Shown here piece by piece: positions 38,337 through 49,237 of a DNA stretch of 64,000 bases (position 1 is the first letter of the stretch; the number at the start of each line of letters is the position of its first letter). Source of the stretch: Candidatus Magasanikiibacteriota bacterium. GTDB taxonomy: Bacteria; Patescibacteriota; Patescibacteriia; Magasanikbacterales; 2-02-FULL-50-9b. The translations under genes were made by a program, and so were the position numbers. The DNA lies in NCBI GenBank assembly GCA_903893485.1, contig CAITMK010000012.1, forward strand, positions 18,708 through 82,707, written 5' to 3'. Under the pieces are notes generated by a model that did not search any database, was not told the origin of the DNA, and was given only the letters and a program-made list of their open reading frames with translations.

Positions 38337-40439
38337 TTAGACCTCAATGATTACGGGCAACACCATTGGGCGTCGCTTGGTTTGATTGAACAAGAATTGT
38401 CCAACATCATTGCGGATGCGTGTTTTGATGTATTCATCAAACGCAGGGGATTTGTGATCCGATTCGTCCATGATTTTTTGAACGAGCGCGCGTGTTTTGT
38501 CCAAAATTTCCTGGTTATCTTTGATAAGAATAAACCCACGAGAAATAATGTCCGGTGCGCCGATGAGCGCGCCCGATGATTCTTCGATGGTTGCAATAAC
38601 CACGAGCATACCGTCTTGCGACATTTCCATGCGATCGCGCAGAATTACTTCTGACACATCGCCAACGCCAAGGCCATCAACCATAACATATTCTGCAGGA
38701 TGACGTTCTTCGGTAAGGCGGCCGCCGCTTACATCGAATTGCACGACTTGGCCGTTATCGGCAATGAAAATATTTTCTTTTTCAACACCAACCGCTGCAG
38801 CAAGACGGCCGTGAGCCGCAAGCATAAAGCGGTTGCCATGAATTGGCATGAAATGTTTTGGCTTGGTAAGGCGCAACATTAATTTGAGATCTTCTTGTTT
38901 TGCGTGACCGCCGGCGTGCACATCCATGTGCACCGAATGCACCACGTTTGCACCATGGCGAACCAACGTGTCTTTGAGGCGTTGAACACTGCGTTCATTA
39001 CCTGGAACAACTGATGAAGAGAAAATCACGGTGTCATTGTCTTCCAATTTAAGGAAACGATGTTCGCCGGTTGCAATGCGCATGAGCGCCGCTTTTTCTT
39101 CGCCTTGTGCGCCAGTACACAAAATAAGTAAGTTTTCTGGGCGATATTTGTTGTAATCGTTTTCATCGATGATGGTGCCTGGTTTGAACTGCAAGTAGCC
39201 AAGTTCATGAGCAAGATCAACGTTTTTTTGCATTGAACGACCCTGAATTAAAACCTTGCGGCCATACTTTTCGGCAAGCGCCAAAATGATTTGCACGCGA
39301 GTTAAAAGGGAAGAGAAAGTACCAACAATAATGCGGCTTTCTGCGTTGCCGATTACGCGATCAAGTTCGTTATACACAACTTGTTCTGAAATTTGGTGAC
39401 CTGGAATGTCTGCGGCGGTTGAATCTGACAAAAGTGCCAAAACACCTTTTGAGCCATACATTGCAATGCGGCCAAGATCTGCTGGCTCTTCGTTCACTGG
39501 GGTGAAATCGAATTTGAAGTCACCGGTAATAAGAACTGGGCCAAATGGTGTGTGAATTGCAACACCAAACGCATCGGAAATGGTGTGGTTAATGTGGAAC
39601 GGTTCAAAGATAAAGTTTTTACCCAAATGAAAACGTTCGTCGGCGTGCTGCACAATTACCATGTTTAATTTTGGCAAATGTGGATATTCTTCGTGGCGTG
39701 CGCGAACGATACCGGCGGTTAATGGCGCGGTATAAATTGGCGGATTGCCAATTTTTGGGAGCACGTGTGAAATTGCACCAACGTGGTCCAAATGGCCGTG
39801 AGTGATAATGACACCGCGAATATTTTTTTCGCGACCCTTAAAGGTTGCAACATTTGGAATAATGTAGTCGATGCCTGGCATGCCTTCTTCGGGGAACATA
39901 AGGCCGACGTCAACGATAATAATATCGTCGCCGCATTCCAAAACGGTACAGTTGCGGCCAATTTCTTCCAAGCCGCCAAGTGCGTAAATTTTAAGTTTCA
40001 AATCTGAGTCTGCGGTTGGGGCAACGAGTGGTTCAAAATAAACCGCTTCACGGTCGCCACGTTGAACATCATAACCCGCTGGAATTGGGGTGTTGAAATC
40101 TGGAGCGTTGCGTGGGCGCATAACGCCAGCTGCTGCATGAAATGCTGAACGTTTTTGGATAATTGGTAAGCCTCCAACGCGTGCGGTTGGACCGCTTTGC
40201 TGCTGATTGCCATAAGCTGGGCGTGAAGCAGCACCGCCACGCATAGGTGGGCGGTTTGAACGCTGAAACGGTGGGCGTCCACCAATCATTGGAGGGCGAC
40301 CATCGGGGCGCGCTGGTGTGGCAGGCATGCCTGAATTATTGAAGCGGCGAGGGCCACCCATAGGTGGACGTCCCTGGTTTGGGCCACGACGAAGTGGCGG
40401 CGGTGCCATGTTTGGCGACGCTGATACTGGATCTGTCAT
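38337..40439 (-). CDS. rnj: Ribonuclease J with long disordered N-terminal extension
   Basis: LGGLEEIGRN, THGHLDHVG, TGDFKFD, GAQGE, HAGGH, RRPMVLP. Confidence 0.96.
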   Translation of the reverse strand: MTDPVSASPNMAPPPLRRGPNQGRPPMGGPRRFNNSGMPATPARPDGRPPMIGGRPPFQRSNRPPMRGGAASRPAYGNQQQSGPTARVGGLPIIQKRSAFHAAAGVMRPRNAPDFNTPIPAGYDVQRGDREAVYFEPLVAPTADSDLKLKIYALGGLEEIGRNCTVLECGDDIIIVDVGLMFPEEGMPGIDYIIPNVATFKGREKNIRGVIITHGHLDHVGAISHVLPKIGNPPIYTAPLTAGIVRARHEEYPHLPKLNMVIVQHADERFHLGKNFIFEPFHINHTISDAFGVAIHTPFGPVLITGDFKFDFTPVNEEPADLGRIAMYGSKGVLALLSDSTAADIPGHQISEQVVYNELDRVIGNAESRIIVGTFSSLLTRVQIILALAEKYGRKVLIQGRSMQKNVDLAHELGYLQFKPGTIIDENDYNKYRPENLLILCTGAQGEEKAALMRIATGEHRFLKLEDNDTVIFSSSVVPGNERSVQRLKDTLVRHGANVVHSVHMDVHAGGHAKQEDLKLMLRLTKPKHFMPIHGNRFMLAAHGRLAAAVGVEKENIFIADNGQVVQFDVSGGRLTEERHPAEYVMVDGLGVGDVSEVILRDRMEMSQDGMLVVIATIEESSGALIGAPDIISRGFILIKDNQEILDKTRALVQKIMDESDHKSPAFDEYIKTRIRNDVGQFLFNQTKRRPMVLPVIIEV

Positions 40440-40453
40440 AGGAGTGTTAAATT

Positions 40454-40588
40454 GATTTCTTTCTCTTTTCGTGGACACGCGTCGCATTCTCCTGCGAGAA
40501 TGCGCGCTCGGCCCCGGTTCGCCAGTTTTGCTTCGCAAAACACCATGCTGGCTCACCTGCGGATGGTCCACTAAAACAGAAAGAAATC
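40454..40588 (-). repeat. Structured repeat element, copy A (in the rnj upstream region)
   Basis: Core GGACCATCCGCAG...GTGTCC on the minus strand, enclosed by GATTTCTTTCT/AGAAAGAAATC inverted repeats. Confidence 0.75.
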
Positions 40589-40661
40589 GATTTTAGTGAG
40601 TATGAGTGATTAAATTTTTGAAATAGTGCTGAACTGGTCAAGTAAAAAAGGTGTGTCGCAA

Positions 40662-40811
40662 GGTTTATAAAAATCTATTGTGAGGGACCATCCGCAGCCT
40701 GAGCGGGCCGGAGTTTTGGCACGTAGGGCCAAAACGAGCGAGGGCGAGGCTGAGTGCAAATTCCCGCCGGGGAATTTGCCACGTGTCCTGAACATTAGAT
40801 TTTTATAAACC
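40662..40811 (+). repeat. Structured repeat element, copy B (3' of tRNA-Leu)
   Basis: Core GGACCATCCGCAG...GTGTCC enclosed by the perfect 16-bp inverted repeat GGTTTATAAAAATCTA/TAGATTTTTATAAACC. Confidence 0.78.
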
Positions 40812-40816
40812 GGCTT

Positions 40817-40903
40817 TGGTGCCGCGGGCGGGACTTGAACCCGCACACTCTTGCGAGCGCTAGCACCTGAAGCTAGTGTGTCTGCCAATTTCACCACCGC
40901 GGC
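40817..40903 (-). tRNA. tRNA-Leu(CAG)
   Basis: GCCGCGG acceptor, anticodon arm CTAGC-TT-CAG-GT-GCTAG, long variable arm, encoded CCA. Confidence 0.96.
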
Positions 40904-40967
40904 AGGGAGTGGATAGGAAACAAAAGTAGACCAAACTATAGCATACCAAGGTCGGATTTGTCAATTA

Positions 40968-42683
40968 TCACTTCTTAACCTGTTTGGTCGAAATAAACCA
41001 ACTGGTGATATTTTGAAAACGTTCGTCAGCGTTAACACCTGGGGGAACCGTAACGCCTTGGACTTTTTGGGCCACAAAATATTCGTATACTGGTTGGTAC
41101 AAAAATATAGCTGGGGTATCGGCAACAATGCGGTTCGAAATTTTCTTTAATAAAGTGGCGCGTGTGGCGGGGGCGGGCTCAGAAAGTAATGATTGGAGCC
41201 ATGCGTCAACTTCGCTCATTTGGTAACGCGCATAGTTTACGCCATCATCGGCGCTGCCCGTGGAATTCCAGTAAGGATAGGCGCTATTTGGCGTTTCGTA
41301 GGATTGGCCAGCAAGTAGCATATCCTGAGTGGCTGCGTCTTGTGGCGCATTTTCTAAATCAACGGTGCGTGTGGCAACGGGCAATCCAATTGCTTTTAAA
41401 TTTTCAACAATTTGATTCGCTGCATTTACAAGCGCAGCTGAACTTGGAACGCCCAAAGACAGCGGCGTTGTGGGTAGTTTAACATTAGCTTTTTTTAGCA
41501 GCGCCAACGCATTGGCGGTGTTCATATCCGGAAGTGCTGCTAAGTCGCCACCAATAATTGAAGCCGGAAAAGGTTCACGCGCTGGCACACCATTACTTTT
41601 TAAAGCATTTTTAACAATTGCGGTGCGATCGATGGCAAGTGCAATTGCATCGCGCAAATCCGGGTTTTTAAATAATGGATTTTTTGATGGATTGAAAAAT
41701 AAACTTACAACGGTTGGTGGCGTAATTTCGTAGCGTTTTACGTCGTGCTTAAAAATGGTGTCATCAGCGCTTGGATCGAAAGCGGTAAATGCGTCCACGG
41801 TGCGACTGCGAAATAAATCCGCGGCAGTATCAGCGTCGGGCGCAAAACGAAACGTAAGCTCTTCAATGTACGCCGGTTTTGGTTTGAAATCCGAAAACAC
41901 ATCAAACGTCATGCTTTGTAAAAAGCCACCCGCATCCGCAGTTGCGCTTTCGAATTGAAACGGTCCAGATCCAACGGGTTTAAGATTTAATGAATCGGTT
42001 CGCATGTGCGTTGGGTCAACATTTTTCCAAATATGTTCTGGGATGATGCCTACATGCAAAAGCGCAGGTAAATCTGGCATGCTATGCGCGACTGAAATTT
42101 GTACGGTACCATCGGCAGCGGCAACCGCGGTAATTTTTTGCGCCGCGGGCTGCCATGGGCTGCCAACCGCGGTGTTTTGCATTGCTTGAATGGTAAATAA
42201 AACATCTTGCGCCGTAATTGCAGCACCATCGTGCCATTCATGATCGCCAAGCGTAATAGTTGCGCGCGTTAAGGTGCTATTAAATTTGCACGTTGCAAGC
42301 GCAGGGCCAGCATCGGCGCACAAAGGCAAAAATAAAACGTTGGTGAGCGACAGGTCAATGTCTGTTGCGGCAAAAAGAGGATTAATATTTTGCGGCTCGC
42401 CAACGAGCGCTTCTTTAAAAGTGCCGCCAGTGGTTGGCACCGTAACCATATTAAATCGTTGAAATGACCAAAAAAGGCCAATCACTGAAATAATGGCAAG
42501 TGCTGATGCGCCGGAAAAAACTAGTCGCTCCCATTTGCTGAGAAACATGTCCAAATGGGCAAGCTGTTGGCGCGAAGGGAAAAATTTTTCATGGCGCGCA
42601 TGAAAAACAGAGCGGTCAAGACGCGTCATACGCTGCCGCACAAAGGTATCGTAAATTCGTCGTCCTTCTGAAAGAAGGCTCAT
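40968..42683 (-). CDS. Peptide ABC transporter substrate-binding protein (family 5)
   Basis: GGTFKEALVG, NPLFA, WHDGAAITAQDVLFT, PVGSGPFQF, AIDR. Confidence 0.9.
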   Translation of the reverse strand: MSLLSEGRRIYDTFVRQRMTRLDRSVFHARHEKFFPSRQQLAHLDMFLSKWERLVFSGASALAIISVIGLFWSFQRFNMVTVPTTGGTFKEALVGEPQNINPLFAATDIDLSLTNVLFLPLCADAGPALATCKFNSTLTRATITLGDHEWHDGAAITAQDVLFTIQAMQNTAVGSPWQPAAQKITAVAAADGTVQISVAHSMPDLPALLHVGIIPEHIWKNVDPTHMRTDSLNLKPVGSGPFQFESATADAGGFLQSMTFDVFSDFKPKPAYIEELTFRFAPDADTAADLFRSRTVDAFTAFDPSADDTIFKHDVKRYEITPPTVVSLFFNPSKNPLFKNPDLRDAIALAIDRTAIVKNALKSNGVPAREPFPASIIGGDLAALPDMNTANALALLKKANVKLPTTPLSLGVPSSAALVNAANQIVENLKAIGLPVATRTVDLENAPQDAATQDMLLAGQSYETPNSAYPYWNSTGSADDGVNYARYQMSEVDAWLQSLLSEPAPATRATLLKKISNRIVADTPAIFLYQPVYEYFVAQKVQGVTVPPGVNADERFQNITSWFISTKQVKK

Positions 42684-42693
42684 ACGAAAAAAA

Positions 42694-42912
42694 TTACTTG
42701 ATAATGAAGTTTGCAACCGCGGTTACAAAGTACAAAACAGCGATTACAATAGTTGCGCGGAACAAAATTTTGTCCACACCACGCTTGGTTGAGTACACAT
42801 TACTTGAGCCACCAAAAGCAGCCCCAAGACCAGTGCCTTTCTGCTGAAGCAAAATTACTGCAATCAGCGCAATCGAAATAAGAATTTGGATGATGTTTAA
42901 TGCGAGTTTCAT
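42694..42912 (-). CDS. secG: Preprotein translocase SecG
   Basis: LIAVILLQQKGTGLGAAFGG...TKRGVDKILF. Confidence 0.96.
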   Translation of the reverse strand: MKLALNIIQILISIALIAVILLQQKGTGLGAAFGGSSNVYSTKRGVDKILFRATIVIAVLYFVTAVANFIIK

Positions 42913-42984
42913 AGCCCATACTGTATCAAAAGGGTCCCGCGTATGTCAAGCATGTGATATACTGAGCGCAACATTCTTTGACCT

Positions 42985-43725
42985 ATGCAAGAAACTGTTT
43001 TAGTACAAATTCCCGGGCAGCCATGGTGGAAACGCTGGTGGGGAATTCTTATCATTTTGATTTTAGGCACCGGCACGATCTTTACTTTGTGGTTCGGGGC
43101 ACTTGTTTATTCAAACGTAAAGATGATTCGCTCCGGCGCACTCAAACCGCTGAGTAGTTATAATTCAGATTTTACCGGCAGCGGCGCGGCAGCTGGTACG
43201 GCAAGCAAAGGCGCACAATTAATTCGCCCAGAAAATGCAACCATGGGCAAGGGCGATCATACCATTGTTGAATTTGGTGATTTTGAATGTCCATTTACTG
43301 CCAAAGAATTTCCAGTTATCCGTCCGCTCATGGAAAAGGTGTTGGGAGTGAAATTTGTATTTCGAAATTTTCCGCTCACCACGATTCATACACACGCATA
43401 TAATGTAGCGCTTGCAGGCACCTGTGCCAAAGCGCAAGGGAAATTTTGGGAATATCATGATCAGGTTTTTTTGAATCAAACTGATTTGACTGATACGGCG
43501 CTCGCACATTATGCGCAAACCGCGGGTTTGGATACTGATAAATTTGCAACGTGTTTTAGTGACAAAACTTATAAAGACGAAGTTGCACGTGACGCGCAAG
43601 ATGGCTATGCGCTTGGGGTTCGTGGCACGCCAACATTTTTCATTGATGGTTTCAAAGTTGAAGGCGCAATTCCAACCGATGCGTGGACCGTAATTTTGGG
43701 CAAACTTGGAATCTCGGTTAATTAA
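42985..43725 (+). CDS. DsbA/BdbD-like thioredoxin-fold protein with CPFT motif
   Basis: N-terminal TM; IVEFGDFECPFT, FRNFPL, QGKFWEYHD, GVRGTPTFFI. Confidence 0.88.
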   Translation: MQETVLVQIPGQPWWKRWWGILIILILGTGTIFTLWFGALVYSNVKMIRSGALKPLSSYNSDFTGSGAAAGTASKGAQLIRPENATMGKGDHTIVEFGDFECPFTAKEFPVIRPLMEKVLGVKFVFRNFPLTTIHTHAYNVALAGTCAKAQGKFWEYHDQVFLNQTDLTDTALAHYAQTAGLDTDKFATCFSDKTYKDEVARDAQDGYALGVRGTPTFFIDGFKVEGAIPTDAWTVILGKLGISVN

Positions 43726-43726
43726 T

Positions 43727-46318
43727 ATGAAACAGCTGCTGCAAAAACTTGGGATCATGGTAAGTTTTGCAGCGGCAGTTTTTTTTCCGGTTGCACGGCC
43801 GGTGTTTGCTGCAACATCTAATTGTTGTTTATATCAACCAAATACTGCGGCACCACAATGGTTAAATGATTTGGGTGCAAGTGCAAATGTGGTGACGAAA
43901 CTTCCAGCATCAGGAAAGTGTGACGCACCATCCGAGGTCGTATCAATTTCAGCGTTGAAAGAATTTTATACGGGGGACGTTTTAACCAATGACGCGGCAA
44001 CTTGCTCAAGTGCCAGCGGTAACGAAGTCAAATTGTCTCAGGCAAGTAATGCGCCAATCCAATGTTGCATGCTGCAGAGTAGTGATTCAAAAACAGTGGC
44101 ATGCGTTCCAAAAAAAGCAGGGGATGGTGCGACAAGTTGTCTTACTGCCACGGTTTCGCAAATTAAATCTGGCATGTCAATTGTTCAGACCACAAATACT
44201 TGTGACTCTCAAGTGCCATGTCAAAATTTAACACTTGCGCAAACGGCGCAAACCTTGAATAGTGGTGCACAAAATCCTGCGCCTGCTGCGGGTGCTGCAG
44301 CAGATGGGGCAAATGCGCCAACACCTCCCTGGACCAAAACGGATTGTTTGTTAGAAAAAGATGCGGGCGGCGCAACACATAACATGTGGTTGCCACCAGC
44401 AAATGATGCAACTGCGACAACAGGAAATTATTGTTACGTAAAACCAATCCCGGTTAATTTGGAAATTCCATTTGGCGGGCAGATTTCAACAGCAACGGGG
44501 CTTCCACAATATATTAACGCGGCATACAAATATGCAATCGGTATTGCGGTCATGGCAGCGGTGCTCATGTTTATGTACGGGGGGTTTTTGTGGATGTTTT
44601 CTGGTGTTTCAAGTCAGATAAGTCAGGCTAAGACGGTGATGCTAACTTCTATTACTGGATTAACATTGGTTTTTGGTGCATATATTATTTTAAATACCAT
44701 TGATCCGTCGCTCATTAATTTGCAAGCGCCGCCGATTCATGCAATTAGGCCAGATGTTTTAGTGACCGCAGATAAATTAGCGACCTGTGATCCAAGTGCA
44801 GAAAATAGCTGCGGGCCTTCTAAGTATTGCGAGCCAACCATGACGGGTGTGGAAAATGCTTGTAACCGACAGATGATGGCTTTTGGTGGCGCGGTGTTCG
44901 GAAGTGCGGCGATTGCTGCTGCAGCTCCATTTGCGCTCGCTGCAGGCGCAACAGCACTTGCAAATGCTGGTGAAAAAATAGCTGCAGATGGGATGGGTTT
45001 GATAATAAAAAATGCCGCCAAAAGCGCCGCGGTTAATTATTTTAAGGGGCAAGCCGTTGAAACAGTGGGAAGTAAAATTACCGATGCCATTGGGCCGGCT
45101 GTTTTTGTAACACTTGGGTTGGCGTACGTAAATTATGAAATGGCACCAAAAGATGTGGAAGGATATTGCGTTGATTTAAATCACGATAAAATCGTGGGAC
45201 AAATTTGCGCGGGCGATGCTGATTGTCAATCAAATAAATGTCTGCAAACCTCAAAAAGTTCATGCTCAACCGTAAAAAGAGGTATTTGTGTGAACGGCGA
45301 TTTACGTGATCCGTGTCCGATTGAAGTGACTGAACAAACTAAAAAGTATGCTTGCCTAAATGGCGTCACTTGCGTCGATAACGAACATGGATCAAGTAGA
45401 TTCGGAATTGGATTTTGTTCCGACGGATCTCATTTAGGAATGCCATGCAACGATAAAGTTGCGTGTAAATCATTTGCTGATGGATTGAATTTGATGTGTG
45501 CTGGCGGATATTGTCGACAAAAAGAGTATTATGAGAAAGACGGAACTCTTACTGATGTAGCCGGAGGTAATCCGCGTTGTATTATTCCGTCAGATTGTAC
45601 CGGTGATGATTATACTAAGCTTAATGCGTCTCAGCATTTGGGGCAGGCACTGGCCAGCGGTAGAACAACTTACGCCGGTTGTTTAAAAAAAGGTGATCCT
45701 GAATCTGGGCTGCCAGCACGTTTTTTGGTGCCAGTTATGAATTATGAAGTACGTGCTGCATATCTTGCAGAACTCAGTTCTTCAGGGATCTGCACAACCG
45801 CGGCACCCTTTTTTGTTAATGCGGCTGGGAAAAAAACAGCAAACGTGTGCTACGTTAATATTTATCAAAGCAAAAAAACAGCAAGTCCTCCAGCCAAGGC
45901 TGAAGCGGAAAATAAAACAGTTTTAGACGCAATAAGTGCAAAATATGGAGCAAATAGTATGGGCTCTGATTTTGCAGCGGGTATTGTTTTTAATAAAGTT
46001 GGTTGTGGAATTGATAAAGATCAAATTAACCACGCGGTTATTAATGGTACACCTATTTTTGATACATCAGGTGATTGTGTCATTGATGCTGGTTCGGTTC
46101 TCTCGCAAAATTTGGCATTAGTAAATGGCGTGGGAGTCGTCAGGGGATATTGTTCGGATCAAGTCGGCGGAAAAAATGGTGAAAGTTATGTTTGGACGCA
46201 GACAGAACTTGGACAATACCTTATGTATGTACACGCTGATGATGCAAATTCTGGATGGGTAAAGACGCCAGATCTGACCAATTTAAGCAACACATACGCA
46301 GGCACCGTGACGCAGTAA
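43727..46318 (+). CDS. Large Cys-rich surface protein with TrbC/VirB2-like pilin hairpin
   Basis: Signal peptide; YAIGIAV..AVLMFMYGGFLWM..G...AK...ITGL.LV..AY.ILNTIDP segment typical of CPR pilin-domain proteins; many Cys repeats. Confidence 0.75.
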   Translation: MKQLLQKLGIMVSFAAAVFFPVARPVFAATSNCCLYQPNTAAPQWLNDLGASANVVTKLPASGKCDAPSEVVSISALKEFYTGDVLTNDAATCSSASGNEVKLSQASNAPIQCCMLQSSDSKTVACVPKKAGDGATSCLTATVSQIKSGMSIVQTTNTCDSQVPCQNLTLAQTAQTLNSGAQNPAPAAGAAADGANAPTPPWTKTDCLLEKDAGGATHNMWLPPANDATATTGNYCYVKPIPVNLEIPFGGQISTATGLPQYINAAYKYAIGIAVMAAVLMFMYGGFLWMFSGVSSQISQAKTVMLTSITGLTLVFGAYIILNTIDPSLINLQAPPIHAIRPDVLVTADKLATCDPSAENSCGPSKYCEPTMTGVENACNRQMMAFGGAVFGSAAIAAAAPFALAAGATALANAGEKIAADGMGLIIKNAAKSAAVNYFKGQAVETVGSKITDAIGPAVFVTLGLAYVNYEMAPKDVEGYCVDLNHDKIVGQICAGDADCQSNKCLQTSKSSCSTVKRGICVNGDLRDPCPIEVTEQTKKYACLNGVTCVDNEHGSSRFGIGFCSDGSHLGMPCNDKVACKSFADGLNLMCAGGYCRQKEYYEKDGTLTDVAGGNPRCIIPSDCTGDDYTKLNASQHLGQALASGRTTYAGCLKKGDPESGLPARFLVPVMNYEVRAAYLAELSSSGICTTAAPFFVNAAGKKTANVCYVNIYQSKKTASPPAKAEAENKTVLDAISAKYGANSMGSDFAAGIVFNKVGCGIDKDQINHAVINGTPIFDTSGDCVIDAGSVLSQNLALVNGVGVVRGYCSDQVGGKNGESYVWTQTELGQYLMYVHADDANSGWVKTPDLTNLSNTYAGTVTQ

Positions 46319-46399
46319 TTAACTAGCTGCAGCGCGCTCTTGAACAATATTGACATCCGTGGTATCCTCTGAGGCATTGTATTTCTTGTTCAAAATATT

Positions 46400-49237
46400 A
46401 TGCCACGACCTAAAGAAACCGGGGGAGAAAAGCTCATCGTTCGCGGATGCCGCGTGCACAATTTAAAAAATGTTTCCGTTGAAATTCCAAAAAATTCTTT
46501 AACCGTAATTACGGGTTTATCTGGTTCGGGCAAGTCATCGCTCGCGTTCGATACAATTTATGCCGAAGGCCAACGTCGTTACGCCGAAAGTTTGTCGAGC
46601 TATGCGCGTCAATTCATGGGCATGCAAGACAAGCCAGACGTTGATGAAATGAAAGGCTTGTCTCCAACGATTGCGATTGATCAAAAAACCGCAGCGCTGA
46701 ATCCACGTTCAACCGTTGGTACGGTTGCTGAAATTTATGACCACTTGCGTTTGCTTTTTGCACGCATCGGCAAGCAACATTGCCCGGAATGTGGTGGCGC
46801 CTCACGCGAATTTTCGCGCGGCCAAATCGTCGAAGAAATGCGTCGCATGGCGCGCGATGGGGAATTATATATTTTGGCGCCCGTATATAAGGATGAAGCA
46901 ATCACTGATCATGTTTTGTACTCAGCCATGGAAAAGGCAGAGGTTGAAATGGTGCGCGTTGACGGCATGTTTATTCGCAAAGGTGAAGTGATGCAATTGC
47001 ATTTATCACCAGAAACACCACACACGATTGAATTTATTTGTGGCCGCATTGAAGATGTTAAAAAAGCAGATATTTCTGGCGCAGTTACCAAAGCACTTGA
47101 ATGGGGAAATGGTTTTTTGATTGCCGTGTCACTCGAAACTGGCGCGGAAGAAATTTTTTCAACGGAACGTTTGTGTTCAAATTGTGGAAAACGGTTGCCG
47201 CAACTTGAGCCTGGATTTTTTAGTTTTAATTCGCCACACGGCGCATGTCCACGATGTACTGGTCTTGGTATCACGCTCGATGTTGATCCGGATTTGGTAA
47301 TTCCAAACAATCGTTTGACGCTTGCCGAAGGTGCGATTCAACCATGGACGCGCATTACGGGCAATCAGCAGTACTACCAAAAACTATTGTCAGCTGTTGC
47401 AGCGGTGCACGGATTTTCAACCGAAGAAGCGGTTGCAAACTTGCCAAAAAAAGCACTCGATATTTTGTTATACGGCACAGGCCAACAAATTTATTCAGTT
47501 GAAGACAAGCCGGTTGTGTTTGAGGGTATCGTTGCAAATTTAACGCAACGTCACACCGAAACTACCTCAGATTATATCCGTAAAGAAATCGAAGGCTACA
47601 TGCGTGAACGCATTTGTCCGGTGTGTACGGGCCGTCGTTTGCGCGCAGAAGCGCTTGCGGTTACAATTTTGGACAAAACGATTGCCGAATACACCGCATT
47701 TTCGATCGAAGAAGCGATTGATGTGTTTGGCGCACTTGCCGCAGATAAAAAATCACCATTCACCGAACGCGAACAATTAATTGCAGCGCCCGTGGTGCGC
47801 GAAATTATTAAACGCTTGCAAGATTTGGCACGCGTTGGTTTGGAATATATCACCATCGATCGCTCAATGAATACGTTGTCTGGTGGTGAAGCGCAGCGTG
47901 TACGTTTATCAACGCAGCTTTCATCGGCGCTCACCGGCGTGATTTATATTTTGGATGAACCTTCGATCGGTTTACATCCAACTGACACACAAAAATTAAT
48001 CGACACATTAAAATCACTTCGCGACATTGGTAACACGGTTATCGTTGTTGAACACGACGAAGCAATGATGCAGCAAGCAGATTATGTGATTGATGTTGGC
48101 CCAGGCGCGGGCCGTTACGGCGGCGAAATTATGGCAGCAGGTACATTAAAAGATGTTTTGAAATGCAAAGATTCTTTGACCGCACAATATTTGTCCGGCA
48201 AGCGCAGCATTGAAGTGCCAAAAAAATTGCACAAAGGCACGGGCAAAAATATTACCATCAAAGGTGCAACCGCATTTAATTTGCGCAACATCGATGTCTC
48301 AATTCCACTTGGTAAATTTGTTTGTGTGACCGGTGTTTCAGGTTCGGGTAAATCAACACTTATCATCGACATTTTGGGCAAGGCTTTGGCGAAACATTTT
48401 TTCCGCGCAAAAGATGAACCAGGTGCACACAAATCAATCACTGGTTTGGAACACATCGACAAAGTTATTACGATTGATCAATCACCAATTGGTCGCACAC
48501 CGCGTTCAAATCCTGCAACATACACCAGCGTGTTCACCGCGATCCGCGATTTGTACACCGAGCAGCCAGAAGCAAAAATGCGTGGCTACGATGCGGGTAA
48601 ATTTTCTTTCAACGTGAAAGGCGGCGGCCGTTGTGAAGCATGTAGCGGTGAAGGGTACGTGCGCATCCCAATGCAATTTTTGGCGGACGTATATGTTGAA
48701 TGTGATGAATGTCACGGCAAACGTTATAACGCAGAAGCGCTCGACATTCATTATCGTGGTAAACATATCGCCGACGTTTTGGCGATGACGGTTGATGAAG
48801 CGCGTCAGTTTTTTCACGACGTTCCAGGCATTGCAGATAAGCTCGAAATTTTGTTTGATGTGGGTTTAGGTTATTTGCAACTTGGCCAGCCAGCGACAAC
48901 GCTTTCAGGTGGTGAAGCGCAGCGTGTGAAACTTGCAACAGAACTTTCGCGTCGCGCAACGGGTAAAACGTTATACATTTTGGATGAACCAACAACGGGT
49001 TTGCACTTCGAAGATATCAAACGCCTCCTTCACGTTCTTCAAAAATTAGTTGAAAAAGGAAATTCACTCTTGGTAATTGAGCATAATACTGATATCATTA
49101 AGTCATCAGATTGGGTAATTGATTTGGGCCCTGGTGGCGGCAAACATGGCGGCCAGGTAGTTGCAGAGGGCGCACCAAAAGATGTTGCCAAAATTAAAGG
49201 CAGCCCAACAGGATTACAATTAAAAGCGGTTTTATGA
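46400..49237 (+). CDS. uvrA: Excinuclease ABC subunit A
   Basis: [23 protein letters not shown], zinc fingers, LSGGEAQR twice, DEPTTGLH. Confidence 0.99.
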   Translation: MPRPKETGGEKLIVRGCRVHNLKNVSVEIPKNSLTVITGLSGSGKSSLAFDTIYAEGQRRYAESLSSYARQFMGMQDKPDVDEMKGLSPTIAIDQKTAALNPRSTVGTVAEIYDHLRLLFARIGKQHCPECGGASREFSRGQIVEEMRRMARDGELYILAPVYKDEAITDHVLYSAMEKAEVEMVRVDGMFIRKGEVMQLHLSPETPHTIEFICGRIEDVKKADISGAVTKALEWGNGFLIAVSLETGAEEIFSTERLCSNCGKRLPQLEPGFFSFNSPHGACPRCTGLGITLDVDPDLVIPNNRLTLAEGAIQPWTRITGNQQYYQKLLSAVAAVHGFSTEEAVANLPKKALDILLYGTGQQIYSVEDKPVVFEGIVANLTQRHTETTSDYIRKEIEGYMRERICPVCTGRRLRAEALAVTILDKTIAEYTAFSIEEAIDVFGALAADKKSPFTEREQLIAAPVVREIIKRLQDLARVGLEYITIDRSMNTLSGGEAQRVRLSTQLSSALTGVIYILDEPSIGLHPTDTQKLIDTLKSLRDIGNTVIVVEHDEAMMQQADYVIDVGPGAGRYGGEIMAAGTLKDVLKCKDSLTAQYLSGKRSIEVPKKLHKGTGKNITIKGATAFNLRNIDVSIPLGKFVCVTGVSGSGKSTLIIDILGKALAKHFFRAKDEPGAHKSITGLEHIDKVITIDQSPIGRTPRSNPATYTSVFTAIRDLYTEQPEAKMRGYDAGKFSFNVKGGGRCEACSGEGYVRIPMQFLADVYVECDECHGKRYNAEALDIHYRGKHIADVLAMTVDEARQFFHDVPGIADKLEILFDVGLGYLQLGQPATTLSGGEAQRVKLATELSRRATGKTLYILDEPTTGLHFEDIKRLLHVLQKLVEKGNSLLVIEHNTDIIKSSDWVIDLGPGGGKHGGQVVAEGAPKDVAKIKGSPTGLQLKAVL

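Noticed and set aside
46340-46393. TTGAACAA...TTGTTCAA inverted repeat upstream of uvrA as an SOS box
   Set aside because: The spacing (~38 nt) fits neither GAAC-N4-GTTC nor the TTCGG direct repeat; the left half is the probable -35.
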